Part shown: positions 38,001 through 46,122 of the stretch, in pieces
Layout: every line of letters begins with the position of its first letter
Numbering within the stretch: position 1 is the first letter of the stretch
Origin: Anaerolineae bacterium
Lineage (GTDB): Bacteria; Chloroflexota; Anaerolineae; Epilineales; JAHCIE01
Length of the DNA stretch: 64,000 bases
NCBI GenBank assembly: GCA_026129165.1
Contig: JAHCIP010000002.1
Location: 6,761-70,760 of the forward strand
Direction: 5' to 3'
Translations under genes and position numbers: made by a program
Notes under the pieces: model-generated
Database searches by the model: none
What the model saw: the letters and a program-made list of their open reading frames with translations, nothing else
What the model was told of the DNA's origin: nothing

Positions 38001-38893
38001 GCCAACGGCGCGACCAATGGGTTATTCCAGCCTCGCACATAGCTGCCGTCGGGACCAAAAATCTGCACCCAGTTCGTCCCACGCTCCAGGACATAAACCT
38101 TGTTCTCGCCGTCCACCGCCACGCCGGACGGGGCCTGAAAGGGCCGCGCGCCTGTAACGCCCTGGCCGGTCCAGGTCGCGAGCGGCTGCCCGGTGGGGCT
38201 AAAGCGTTTCACCTGCCCCAGGCGGGGGTCGGCCACCCAGACATCGCCCTCGGCGTTGACGGCCAGCCCGGTGGGGGACAGAAACTGAGCCGCGCCGCTG
38301 CCATAGCCACCCCAGCGCGCCCCCGGCTCGCCACTAGGCGCGAACGCCTGCACGACACGGCCGGCGCGGTCGGTGACATAGACGGTTCCGTCGGGGGCGA
38401 CCGCCACCCCCACTGGCTCCAGCAACTCCCCCTGACCCACGCCGCGCGAGCCTAATTGCCCTATATACTCACCGCTAAGTGCAAGAATCTGGACGCGGGC
38501 ATTGCCGCCATCCGTGACATAGAGCCGGCCGCGGGTCAGGTCGAGCGCGACGTCGTGCGGCTCACGAAACTGGCGCGGCCCGCTACCCCGGCTGCCCCAG
38601 GCCGCGAGGGGAGCGCCGTTGGGCTGGAGAACCTGAACCCGGTCGTTACCTCGGTCGGCCACGTAGAGCCGGCCGTCCGCGTCCACAGCCACCCCTTCAG
38701 GGTAGAGGAAGAGGCCGAGCCGAGCCGAGCCGCCCCAGGCCATCTGGAAGAGATACGTCTGGGTCTGCGTCGGGTCGGCGGCCCAGCCAATGCGCGCCGC
38801 CAGGCCCAGCCAGACCAGCCCGAGGCCGAGGGCCAGGCCCAAGCGAGGCAGACGGATAAAACGGTGATGACGGGGCGGGGGAGGCAAAATCAT
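35048..38893 (-). CDS. Giant secreted surface protein: N-terminal NHL-repeat beta-propeller, central vWA-like domain, about 200-aa Thr/Pro/Ser/Ala-rich linker, C-terminal SdrD-B/Cna-B-like domain
   Basis: 1281 aa. Signal peptide; NHL repeats (YVADRGNDRVQVL, YVTDGGNARVQIL, YVTDRAGRVVQAF, VWVADPRLGQVKRF); SRDTNANGLWELGEPAIVGASFAVLD (SdrD B-like); a long TPTxT low-complexity tract. Confidence 0.7.
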   Translation of the reverse strand: MILPPPPRHHRFIRLPRLGLALGLGLVWLGLAARIGWAADPTQTQTYLFQMAWGGSARLGLFLYPEGVAVDADGRLYVADRGNDRVQVLQPNGAPLAAWGSRGSGPRQFREPHDVALDLTRGRLYVTDGGNARVQILALSGEYIGQLGSRGVGQGELLEPVGVAVAPDGTVYVTDRAGRVVQAFAPSGEPGARWGGYGSGAAQFLSPTGLAVNAEGDVWVADPRLGQVKRFSPTGQPLATWTGQGVTGARPFQAPSGVAVDGENKVYVLERGTNWVQIFGPDGSYVRGWNNPLVAPLAPQLTVPGIAVRDAVYLTEGRPPNAVLGGGWGHGVLRFGLNDGISDRWTNAMSQGEGLRWPSALAYADNLLYVADGQPAPGRLLDYVRVFNTTGALFETRTWDKWLGQVQNLYVKERRLYLGLTGAFQIISDVNVETNRYTQSGEAGGVTFLTNQAGLRLFFGGAPRLARLNRYNLDIGDTRDLAPPVTPTPMLWPLGLSVGPDDLLRANDPLRQQVETLNDLGELRGVQLLEQPWGAREITLDPAGDMYALLYDGRVRKYRADGVLLAEFTVPQQGSDPPLPAAVAGGETGRAFVLDRANGLVLAFAPVAGGNSTPVPTPAPGRCRVEAEQSLDPPTAIVGQPVTVTLTLQGRCSGDTIPADIMLGLSVAQERPQETGPIADAVQAMVDGLDMNRHRLGLTLDNPNPILAVQLSGPPSPAVPVLRNVALAEAGHPAAVLDLIQAELAARGRPAAVPGVVLLADGNTEPVALFHIARTLQAKGAWVHVLAYGGRSDTPLLRLAASPNSYQVVPNATALSAALTDLGTRFNRVTARKITVRNLLANPVRFESSTLDSFRIAGGVGWYLPALTDTPAQISFQITPTSLGVFPVTVIGNVEYTDERGLVNTISISPAILRVGTPTPTLSPTHTLTPTETPIFTPTYAPTQTATATTTPTLTPLPSATATATPTPTRTHTATPMFTPSPSATATATATSTPTSTPTFTRTSTPSPSPSASVTATATATSTATRALTSTPSVTLPPSLTSTLTATVALSPTPTVSPSRTASASSTPLLSVTYTVTASPSPGDTATATVTTPTPTATATATAAPTLTPTPTVALRGLCVLISRDTNANGLWELGEPAIVGASFAVLDLADDLLTPVYAFTGSETEPVCFPDLDLVNGDYRILTSPPPPGGWTSVYSAPAGSILVLSDNFYQVSVAQTKVLLFSYVEPAPTPTATRSPTLTPLPTPTYTPLPTLDPQHIVAHLYLPHIVLVGPTDATTPEP

Positions 38894-38978
38894 CGGGTCC
38901 GTGTGTTCCTTCTAGAAACTACAACGTGACCCGATGAGTATTCGTTGCGTGGTCGAGTCGGGGGGTAACAACAAGGCA

Positions 38979-39401
38979 TTATTTGGCTGCGATAAGGCGG
39001 GTTCCATCCGACAAGGTCTCGGGCAGCCAGCCGGTATGACTCCCAACCGTCACCCGCCACCAATTGCGGTTGTCAAGGGGGCGTGGGCCTTCGGCCACCT
39101 TCAGAGTCTGCCCCTCGGCCACCAGCAGAATGACCGCGCCCCGATCCCCTGGTTCCTGGCGGAGGGGCGTCAGGCGCGAGGCCACGATCACGGCTTCGCC
39201 GTCCACCTTGATCGGCCCAGAGGCGGTCGCCGGCAGCAGAGCGGCCGGCGTCGTATTGCCGGTGAAGCGTTGCTGTAAGGTGCGCGCGCCCCAGATGCCG
39301 AGGGCGATGCACACGACCAGGATCACTGCAATGAACAGGACGGCCTGCCTCGGCAGGTTCATCAGAAAGCCAAGCGACGACCTGGAAGACCCCTTATCCA
39401 T
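38979..39401 (-). CDS. Membrane-anchored SH3b-domain protein
   Basis: TM helix AVLFIAVILVVCIALGIW plus a C-terminal SH3_3-like region (GQTLKVAEGPRPLDNRNWWRVTVGSHTGWLPETL). Start placed at the ATG at 39401, which has an AGGAG Shine-Dalgarno; the TTG at 39443 is an alternative. Confidence 0.5.
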   Translation of the reverse strand: MDKGSSRSSLGFLMNLPRQAVLFIAVILVVCIALGIWGARTLQQRFTGNTTPAALLPATASGPIKVDGEAVIVASRLTPLRQEPGDRGAVILLVAEGQTLKVAEGPRPLDNRNWWRVTVGSHTGWLPETLSDGTRLIAAK

Positions 39402-39443
39402 ACCTACTCCTGTACCGCATTTCAACAGGCAGGCAGCCACCAA

Positions 39444-39716
39444 CTATTGGATCTGGAAGCGGAGCCGTTCGCCGCGTGTTCGCTTAAAGGCCAGTTTGAT
39501 ACCCAGTACGTCGGCGGCCCGCTTGAGCCGCGCCTTGACGGTATCTCGGTTATCGTCGGGGTCTAGATTGACCTCGACCCAGTCGCCTGGCTCATAGGAC
39601 TGTAGATGAGCACGATAGGTCTGAGCGATTAGTTTGCGGCGATCACCGCCCTCTTTGCGGGCGCGCGGCTGCATCGCCGCGACTTCGTCCTTTTCCAAAA
39701 GCCGAAACTGCGCCAT
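39444..39716 (-). CDS. Small hypothetical protein (90 aa), first gene of a two-gene operon with the SH3b protein
   Basis: It has its own canonical promoter and a strong Shine-Dalgarno (TAAGGAGAG). No family recognised. Confidence 0.5.
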   Translation of the reverse strand: MAQFRLLEKDEVAAMQPRARKEGGDRRKLIAQTYRAHLQSYEPGDWVEVNLDPDDNRDTVKARLKRAADVLGIKLAFKRTRGERLRFQIQ

Positions 39717-39781
39717 GCTCTCTCCTTATGCCACGACGGGGGGCTTCGTGACAATATGGTTAGATACCCAGATCAAGGCTG

Positions 39782-39809
39782 ATTGTATCGGATTAGCGGC
39801 CCTTGTCAA
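39782..39809 (-). promoter_or_regulatory. Sigma70-like promoter (TTGACA-N16-TACAAT, minus strand) for the 90-aa gene plus the SH3b gene
   Basis: Minus-strand reading: cTTGACAagggccgctaatccgaTACAAT. Confidence 0.5.
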
Positions 39810-39829
39810 GTAGCGAGCCATTACGCGCG

Positions 39830-40501
39830 CTATCCTTTTATACGCCCGACGCCCCCTTCAGGTAACGCGGTTATGGCCTTAAACTCGGCCGCCAGGCTAA
39901 AGTACCACCCGCCCTCATCCACGACGTAGAGATGAATAGGGTCTGGGTCCGGATACGCGGCCACCAGCCGCGCCCTCCCGCGCGCTACCACAGCCGCGAC
40001 CAGCGCGATGAGGGGCACGTCGGCCGGCGCCCCCACCATTGCCCGTAGGCTCCGATAGAGTTGGCGGGCATACGCAGCGCCCTGCTCGGCCGACGGCTCG
40101 ACGTCGGGCAATCGCGCCAGAGTGATCGGGTCCAGAGCGCCCCGCACCAGGGCTTGCGGGCGGCGAAACTGGCCCAGGCGGTAGTCGGTGAGGGGAGTAG
40201 CCGTGCGGCTGTAGACCTCGGCCAGCCGGCGGGCGTCCTCGGCCAGCGGCGCCGCCGCCGCCCCACACGCCAGGTCCCAGTCGGCCACCAGCACCCGCGC
40301 CGGCTCGACAACCGCCACCAGCCACACCGTCTCTGTTCCAGTCAAAACTGGTTCGGGCGCGAGCCACGCCGACACTCGACCCATCCCCAGCGGCAGGTTG
40401 GCGGCCGCCGGGGCGGGCCCCATACCCTGCGCCAGCCAGACTTCGGCATCGGCGCGGGAGGCGGCCAGATAGACAGATGCAATCAAGTTATTTCGGTCGA
40501 A
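39830..40501 (-). CDS. Hypothetical Ala-rich protein (about 224 aa); uncertain
   Basis: The open frame continues to 41131, but that upstream part overlaps a better plus-strand gene and translates to low-complexity sequence. Trimmed to the MFDRNN start. It may be a GC-driven spurious ORF. Confidence 0.3.
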   Translation of the reverse strand, partial: FDRNNLIASVYLAASRADAEVWLAQGMGPAPAAANLPLGMGRVSAWLAPEPVLTGTETVWLVAVVEPARVLVADWDLACGAAAAPLAEDARRLAEVYSRTATPLTDYRLGQFRRPQALVRGALDPITLARLPDVEPSAEQGAAYARQLYRSLRAMVGAPADVPLIALVAAVVARGRARLVAAYPDPDPIHLYVVDEGGWYFSLAAEFKAITALPEGGVGRIKG

Positions 40502-40567
40502 CATATGCGTGATGAGAAGCGTCTCTGACTCGTTACACGTGTAGAGGGGGATTACCCAGGAGGTCCT

Positions 40568-41044
40568 ATGCGCACCCGAATGCTCGTGGCACTGATGGCG
40601 GTCGTGGTCGCTCTGGCGTTCTCGGTGGCAGTATACGCAGCCCCCGCCGAATTGCCAAACTGCTCGTTCTATCCCGTTCAGGGCTTTGGTCAACTGTGGT
40701 TCACGGGCGAACGCATTGCCTCGCTCGTTGGCTGTCCGACCACCGGGGAGTATGGGGTCGGCGTGGTCGAGCAACGCTTCCAATATGGGCAAGCCATCTG
40801 GTTCTCCGACTCGAACACGGTCTTTGTCTTGCTCGGCGGCGGGACGATCTACCCGTTTACGGGTGTCTGGTCCATCCACCAGGTTTACACGGCCTATCCG
40901 TGGGTCCGTGCCCGACTTGGCTACGCGACGGAGGACGCGCGGGCCGTTACAGCCTCGTGGCAGGACTTCCAGCGCGGGGCCATGTACTGGACCCACAAGT
41001 CGGGCCGGCTGGTATTTTTCCGAGGCTGGTGGGAACGGCATTGA
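40568..41044 (+). CDS. Secreted protein with two LGFP-like repeats
   Basis: Signal peptide MRTRMLVALMAVVVALAFSVAVYA. Two repeats of the G..G...V...Q.FQ.GAIYW type (VVEQRFQYGQAIWFSD and ASWQDFQRGAMYWTHKSG). Strong AGGAGG Shine-Dalgarno. Confidence 0.5.
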   Translation: MRTRMLVALMAVVVALAFSVAVYAAPAELPNCSFYPVQGFGQLWFTGERIASLVGCPTTGEYGVGVVEQRFQYGQAIWFSDSNTVFVLLGGGTIYPFTGVWSIHQVYTAYPWVRARLGYATEDARAVTASWQDFQRGAMYWTHKSGRLVFFRGWWERH

Positions 41045-41253
41045 AGCATGAACCGTCATCTCTAGCAAAGTGAAGGATATGCTCTGGCGGTATTTTCGGA
41101 GCACACCCCTCCCATTCGTTCGGGATGACAACGCTGTGAAGAAACGTGGGGCAGACGTTCACATCGCGTTGACTTCTGTCCCCCGTTTGCGTTCTATAAT
41201 GTGAAGTGTGTTCACTGTGTGACTCTAGCCTGATTGAGTGTCTGGAGGCCCCC

Positions 41254-42732
41254 ATGTCTCCCCTACGTTGGACTCTCGCTGTCCTGGGCGCGCTGGTCCT
41301 GCTCAGCCTGGCCGGTCTGGCCGCGGCCGGCCCCAATGAGGCCGCCGTGACGGGAAACGTCCGCCTGCAAGGCCGCAGCAGCCACGGCGGCGCGACAGTC
41401 TTGTATGACGGCCAGCCGGTCGCGGCCACCAATCCGGACGGTGATTTCGCGTTCCTGGCCCCCACCATCGGCCCCCACCTGGTCGAAGTGAAAGCGCCCG
41501 GCTACCTCTCGCGCCAGTTCTTCCTGGATGACCCCAGCGGCTACATCAATCTCCCGCCGACGACGCTACGCCTGGGCGACGCCGACGGCAACAACCGCGT
41601 CGACATCATCGATCTCATCATCGTGACCTCCAACTATGGGCAATCGCCTCCTCAAGACCCCCGCGCCGACCTCAACGGGGATGGCCGCGTGAGTGTGACA
41701 GACCTGATTGCCGTGTCGACCACCTATGGGCAGCGCGGCCCACAGCCCTGGACCGACGAGAGTAGCCTGGTCTGGACATCGCGAGCGGCCATGAGCACGC
41801 CGCGCTACCACCTCGGCGTCGCCCCCCTGGGCGGCCTGATCTATGCCGTCGGCGGCTGCTGCGCCCTGGGCGTCTTGGATGGGCAGAACGTCTTCACGAC
41901 CGTCGAGGTCTTCGACCCCAATACCGCCACCTGGACTGAGCGATCGCCCCTACCCACCGCCCGCCAGAGCCTGGCGGTGGTAGCGGCTAATGGCAAGCTC
42001 TACGCCATTGGCGGCCAGGACCGCAACGGCCAGCCTCTCGCGGTGGTGGAAGAATACACCCCCGGCGCCGACGCCTGGACACGGCGGGCCGCCATGCCTA
42101 CGGCTCGTTCAGGGCTGGCGGCGGCGGTCGTGAATGGCAAAATTTACGCCATCGGCGGCCAGGCGGCGACCATCCTGGCGACGGTGGAGGAGTACGACCC
42201 CGCCACTGATACCTGGACGACCCGCGCGGCCTTGCCTACGCCCCGCGTCTTCTTGGGGGCGGCCAGCCGGGGCAACCTTGTCTATGCCATTGGCGGTTGG
42301 GGCGGCCGCGGCCATCTGGGAACGGTCGAGATCTACAACCCGGTCGAGAATAACTGGACCGCCGGCCCGCCCTTGCCGACCCCACGCTCCGAACTGGCCG
42401 TTGTCGAGGCTCATGGCCGCCTCTACGCCCTGGGCGGCTACCACGACTCCCAGTCCTTCGCGCCGCTGGCGGTCGTCGAGGAGTTGGACGTCGCAAGCAT
42501 GACCTGGCGCACCGAGACAAACTTGAATGTCGCCCGCCTCGGCTTGGGGGCCGCCGCCCTCAACGACCGCGTCTACGCGGTCGGCGGCTTTGGCTTGAGC
42601 TACCTGGCGAGCGTCGAGGAAGGATCACCGACCCTCCAGATTCAGGATTTGCCTAAACAGATGCCCAAGCTCCCCGCGAGTTTCCCCCGTCACCTCCTCC
42701 CACTTGACTTTCAACATGAACTCGTAAAATAA
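41254..42732 (+). CDS. Secreted Kelch-repeat beta-propeller protein with an N-terminal carboxypeptidase-regulatory-like domain and a dockerin-like Ca-binding repeat pair
   Basis: Signal peptide; DADGNNRVDIIDLIIV and DLNGDGRVSVTDLIAV (dockerin type I-like); six or more Kelch blades ending in LYAIGG, VYAIGG or LYALGG. Confidence 0.75.
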   Translation: MSPLRWTLAVLGALVLLSLAGLAAAGPNEAAVTGNVRLQGRSSHGGATVLYDGQPVAATNPDGDFAFLAPTIGPHLVEVKAPGYLSRQFFLDDPSGYINLPPTTLRLGDADGNNRVDIIDLIIVTSNYGQSPPQDPRADLNGDGRVSVTDLIAVSTTYGQRGPQPWTDESSLVWTSRAAMSTPRYHLGVAPLGGLIYAVGGCCALGVLDGQNVFTTVEVFDPNTATWTERSPLPTARQSLAVVAANGKLYAIGGQDRNGQPLAVVEEYTPGADAWTRRAAMPTARSGLAAAVVNGKIYAIGGQAATILATVEEYDPATDTWTTRAALPTPRVFLGAASRGNLVYAIGGWGGRGHLGTVEIYNPVENNWTAGPPLPTPRSELAVVEAHGRLYALGGYHDSQSFAPLAVVEELDVASMTWRTETNLNVARLGLGAAALNDRVYAVGGFGLSYLASVEEGSPTLQIQDLPKQMPKLPASFPRHLLPLDFQHELVK

Positions 42733-42759
42733 GGCTCAACAAGATAGGAGCGCGCCTGG

Positions 42760-42789
42760 CCTCCCGATGGCTCACCAACCATCGGGAGG
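42760..42789 (+). terminator. Stem-loop (cctcccgatgg/ccatcgggagg) after the Kelch gene, with no T-tract
   Basis: An 11-bp stem with an 8-nt loop, related to the stems at 21202 and 33956. Confidence 0.35.
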
Positions 42790-42817
42790 TTGGAACGTGT
42801 CCGTTGAGGAGACGACT

Positions 42818-43696
42818 ATGTCCATTGCACATGTAGGCTTTGTCGGAGTGGGCCGCATGGGCGAGCCGATGGCGGGCCATATTCTGAAACACGGCTTCCC
42901 GGTCACGGTGTACGACGTCGCGCCAAGGCCGCTGGAACGACTGGCGCAACGCGGTGCTCAGGTGGCCGCGTCGCTGGAGGCGGCGCTTCAGGTGGGCGAC
43001 GTGGTCATCACCATGCTTCCCAGCGACGAGGTACTACAGGGGATGGCCGATACGCTGGTTGACAACCTGCGGCCAAGTAGCATCCTGGTTGACATGAGTA
43101 CCAGTCGGCTGACGACATCACGGGCGATCGGGGTGCGGCTGGCCGACAAGGGCGTGGCCATGCTCGATGCGCCCGTAACTGGCGGCGTGGGTGGCGCCCA
43201 AAAAGGCACCCTGTCCATCATGGTTGGGGGCGATGCGCTAACCCTGGCCCGCTGCGCCCCGGTCCTGGAAGCGATGGCAAGCCAGGTGACGCACATTGGC
43301 CCAGCCGGACACGGCCTGATGGCAAAGTATGTCAATCAAATGATTATGGAAAGCACAATGGCAGCCATTGGCGAGGCATTTAGTTTTGCCGCCCAGGCGG
43401 GGGTGGATACGGCTAAGGTGTATGATGCCATTCGGGGAGGCGCGGCGCAATCATTTGTCCTGGATACGTCGGCGGCCATCGTCGGCCGCGGCGACTTTGG
43501 CGCGGGTCGCGAGCTAGCTCTCCATGCCAAGGACGGCGGCTATGTGCTCGCCGCCGCCGAGGTGGTGGGGGCCTGGACACCCATGACAGCGGCGAGCCAC
43601 GAAATCCTCAAGCTAGCGGTCGTCCAGGGCGAGAGCGATCACGGTTGGGCAGCCCTGGTGCGCGTCTACGAGCGATTGTGGAAGAATAAGGACTAA
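42818..43696 (+). CDS. NAD(P)-dependent oxidoreductase, 3-hydroxyisobutyrate dehydrogenase / tartronate semialdehyde reductase family
   Basis: VGFVGVGRMGEPMAGHIL Rossmann motif in HIBADH-type architecture. Trimmed to the ATG at 42818 with a GAGGAG Shine-Dalgarno. Confidence 0.8.
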   Translation: MSIAHVGFVGVGRMGEPMAGHILKHGFPVTVYDVAPRPLERLAQRGAQVAASLEAALQVGDVVITMLPSDEVLQGMADTLVDNLRPSSILVDMSTSRLTTSRAIGVRLADKGVAMLDAPVTGGVGGAQKGTLSIMVGGDALTLARCAPVLEAMASQVTHIGPAGHGLMAKYVNQMIMESTMAAIGEAFSFAAQAGVDTAKVYDAIRGGAAQSFVLDTSAAIVGRGDFGAGRELALHAKDGGYVLAAAEVVGAWTPMTAASHEILKLAVVQGESDHGWAALVRVYERLWKNKD

Positions 43697-43805
43697 GGAT
43701 GAGGGATGGAGGAATACGGATTACGGACTACGCAATACGCATCACGCATCGCGTATTGCGTAGTCCGTATTTCATCCTTATTCCCTAGTCCCTAATCCCT
43801 GGCCC
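43691..43805. repeat. About 115-bp imperfect palindrome built entirely of 7-nt units (GGANNNN / GCANNNN / NNNNTCC), between convergent genes
   Basis: ggactaa ggatgag ggatgga ggaatac ggattac ggactac gcaatac gcatcac | gcatcgc gtattgc gtagtcc gtatttc atcctta ttcccta gtcccta atccctg. The core cgcaatacg/cgtattgcg and ggactacg/cgtagtcc pair perfectly. Confidence 0.6.
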
Positions 43806-43807
43806 TG

Positions 43808-45034
43808 TCACGGCAAGCCGCGCAGCAGGATGGAGACGGGGTCGAGCGTCAAGCGGCGATTATCGCGGCCGTAGAACGGGTTGTATGCCTGGTAGATGGA
43901 CGTCAAGTTGTTCGCCGTTGATTGATAGTAGAGGTTACCACAGTAAGGCGTCCAGACCGGGTTTTGGTCGTTGGCAGCGGCGCGCGTGACCTGGTAGACC
44001 GAGTTGCCATAGTCCGCGTCGGAGATGAAGATATCGTTGTTGCCACCCCGGTCACTGGCGAAGGCAATGAAGAGGCCATCTGGCGAGAAGGACGGCGTGG
44101 TGTCGTTGGCGCGGGAGAAGCGCCCCAGGCGATAGGTGGACGCGCCGTAAGGGAAGGTCGTCTCGAAGATTTGGGCCTTGCCGCCCTCACGGTTGGACTG
44201 GAAGGCGATATACCGATAGTCCGGCGACCACGACGGATACATATCGTCGGCTGGGTTGTTAGTCAGCCGATACAGGTCGCGGCCATAGGGGAAGCTAGTC
44301 GCATAAATCTCGTAGTTGCCGTCGCGGTTGGAATGGAACAGCAGGTATTTGCCATCCGGCGACCAGGCCGGGGCGCGGTCGTCGGCGGGGTTGGTGGTGA
44401 TGCGGTAGAGAGTGCGGCCATAGGCCGAGTCCATGACGTAGATTTCAAAGTTGCCGTCGCGGTTGCTCTCAAAGGCGATGTACTGGTGGTCGGGCGAGAA
44501 GGCCGGGGCGCCGTCATAGGCGGCGTCATTGGTGAGGCGCACCTCACCCACCGCGAAGGCGCGGTTCTCGGCGCGATAGATTTCTGAGTTGCCGTCACGG
44601 CTGCTCTGGTAGACAAACTCATCCGACCGGACCTGGAGTGATAGGCGGCCCGTGGCTTCAATGCGCTCGCCTGTGCTCAGATAGGCCTCGACCGTGACAA
44701 AGTACAGGCCGTAGTCAGGCCGGAATGGAAAGTCCCACGACCACCCCAATGACAACGGCAGGGGGACGGGATACGGAGCAAAGCGCGTCCCGGCCCAGTA
44801 CCAACCGTCACGGGCGCGCTGGATGGTGATGGTAGCCTGGATGACCGAGGGGCCGATATACGTGCCTCGAATGTAGCCATCGTAGCGTGCCATATCGAAG
44901 CAGGTGTTCTGGCCTAGGACATCGAGGGCCGCGAACGGAGATGGGGGCGCAGCAGCCGCCGGCTTTGCGCCGCTCGCGGCCACCAGAGCCAACAGGAGGG
45001 TGAGGCACAGGGGGAGGATACGGGTGCGGCACAT
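43808..45034 (-). CDS. Secreted TolB-like PD40 (WD40-like beta-propeller) repeat protein
   Basis: Signal peptide MCRTRILPLCLTLLLALVAASG. Four or five PD40 repeats (FSPDHQYIAFESNRDGNFEIYVMD, WSPDGKYLLFHSNRDGNYEIYAT, WSPDYRYIAFQSNREG, FSPDGLFIAFASDRGGNNDIFIS). Confidence 0.7.
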   Translation of the reverse strand: MCRTRILPLCLTLLLALVAASGAKPAAAAPPSPFAALDVLGQNTCFDMARYDGYIRGTYIGPSVIQATITIQRARDGWYWAGTRFAPYPVPLPLSLGWSWDFPFRPDYGLYFVTVEAYLSTGERIEATGRLSLQVRSDEFVYQSSRDGNSEIYRAENRAFAVGEVRLTNDAAYDGAPAFSPDHQYIAFESNRDGNFEIYVMDSAYGRTLYRITTNPADDRAPAWSPDGKYLLFHSNRDGNYEIYATSFPYGRDLYRLTNNPADDMYPSWSPDYRYIAFQSNREGGKAQIFETTFPYGASTYRLGRFSRANDTTPSFSPDGLFIAFASDRGGNNDIFISDADYGNSVYQVTRAAANDQNPVWTPYCGNLYYQSTANNLTSIYQAYNPFYGRDNRRLTLDPVSILLRGLP

Positions 45035-45359
45035 AGGGTCTCCTTCACGCGGAATCACCTGGGGGGTATCACCTGTGTGACTGTCCTTAGTATACTCCCC
45101 ATGTTACATAGGACGCAACTTCTGCTGAACCGGATTGTCCTGGGCAAACATCTTCGCCCCTCCCCTTAAGCATCGCCCCTCCGGTCCCGCAGATTCATCC
45201 CCCTAGCGTATTTCGGTGGACAGGCCGTACCTTTGGGCCGCCCGGCGCGTTACTAGAGTGGCGTGGTGAAACTGAGAGCGCCACCGCCGCTGGTTGGAGG
45301 GAGCAGCCCGAACCGCCGCCCGGGCTGCTCCACCTGAACTTGGATAAGGGAGTAAGAGC

Positions 45360-46007
45360 GTGATACGTCAACGACGTCCGGCTGCAGTTCGTAAGGCAGG
45401 CAACACATTTGAGATCGCGGTGGGACCGCAATTGTTAGTGGGTGTACTCGGTGTGGTGGCGGTCATCGCTATGCTGTTGATTGGCATCGCCATCGGCCGC
45501 CGCAATACGGCTCCGGCGACAGCGCAGGCGACCCAGACCGGCCAGACCGTCCAGGTTCCCGCTGGCTCGGTGGACAATGCCATCACCAACATGTCCGTCG
45601 CGCCGCAGCCCGCCGTGCAGACCCAGAAGCCGGTGTCTGAGCAAGAGAAGCCCATCACTGATGCCCCGCGTATCGCCGTGCCGGAGCTAGCCACATCGAA
45701 CTATCAATACAGCTTTGGCAAGATCACCCAGCTCGGCAAGGTCACGCGCACCTTTCAGATCAAGAACATCGGCAAGAAGCAACTCGACATCTCCATTGTC
45801 AACTCATCGTGTGGGTGTACTTCGGCCCTGGTCGGTGACCGCAACGTCCCCCCAGGGGGTGAAACCTCTTTCCGGGTCGAGTTTGATCCCTCCTCATACC
45901 AGGAGGCGAACACCCTCGTCAATGCCTGGGTGACGGTGGCCTCCAACGACCCCCTCGCGCCCGTCGTCAAGCTCGACTTCAGCGCTGAGGTCATCCTCAA
46001 GAAGTAA
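45360..46007 (+). CDS. DUF1573 domain protein (membrane-anchored)
   Basis: GTG start, a TM helix, and the DUF1573 core FQIKNIGKKQLDISIVNSSCGCTSA. Confidence 0.6.
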   Translation: MIRQRRPAAVRKAGNTFEIAVGPQLLVGVLGVVAVIAMLLIGIAIGRRNTAPATAQATQTGQTVQVPAGSVDNAITNMSVAPQPAVQTQKPVSEQEKPITDAPRIAVPELATSNYQYSFGKITQLGKVTRTFQIKNIGKKQLDISIVNSSCGCTSALVGDRNVPPGGETSFRVEFDPSSYQEANTLVNAWVTVASNDPLAPVVKLDFSAEVILKK

Positions 46008-46036
46008 CCACTGCTACGGGGACTCCACAGTTCAAG

Positions 46037-46076
46037 CGGGGGACGCTGAGCCTATGCTAGCGCCCCCGTAATTTTA
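46037..46076 (+). terminator. Stem-loop plus T-rich tract after the DUF1573 gene
   Basis: cgggggacgct ... agcgcccccg followed by taatttta. Confidence 0.4.
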
Positions 46077-46122
46077 TGTCGAGATAATTCCTGGAGAGAT
46101 AGAGTGTAGTATATTCGCGTCT

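Noticed and set aside
39830-41131. The full-length 433-aa minus ORF.
   Set aside because: Its upstream two-thirds overlap a plus-strand gene (40568..41044) that has a signal peptide and a strong Shine-Dalgarno, and they translate to low-complexity sequence. I kept only the 39830..40501 portion, at low confidence.
41160-41200. A TTGACT ... TATAAT promoter upstream of the Kelch gene.
   Set aside because: The spacer is 20 nt, too long for a standard sigma70 promoter. The nearby dyad GTGAAgtgtgTTCAC is noted but not called.
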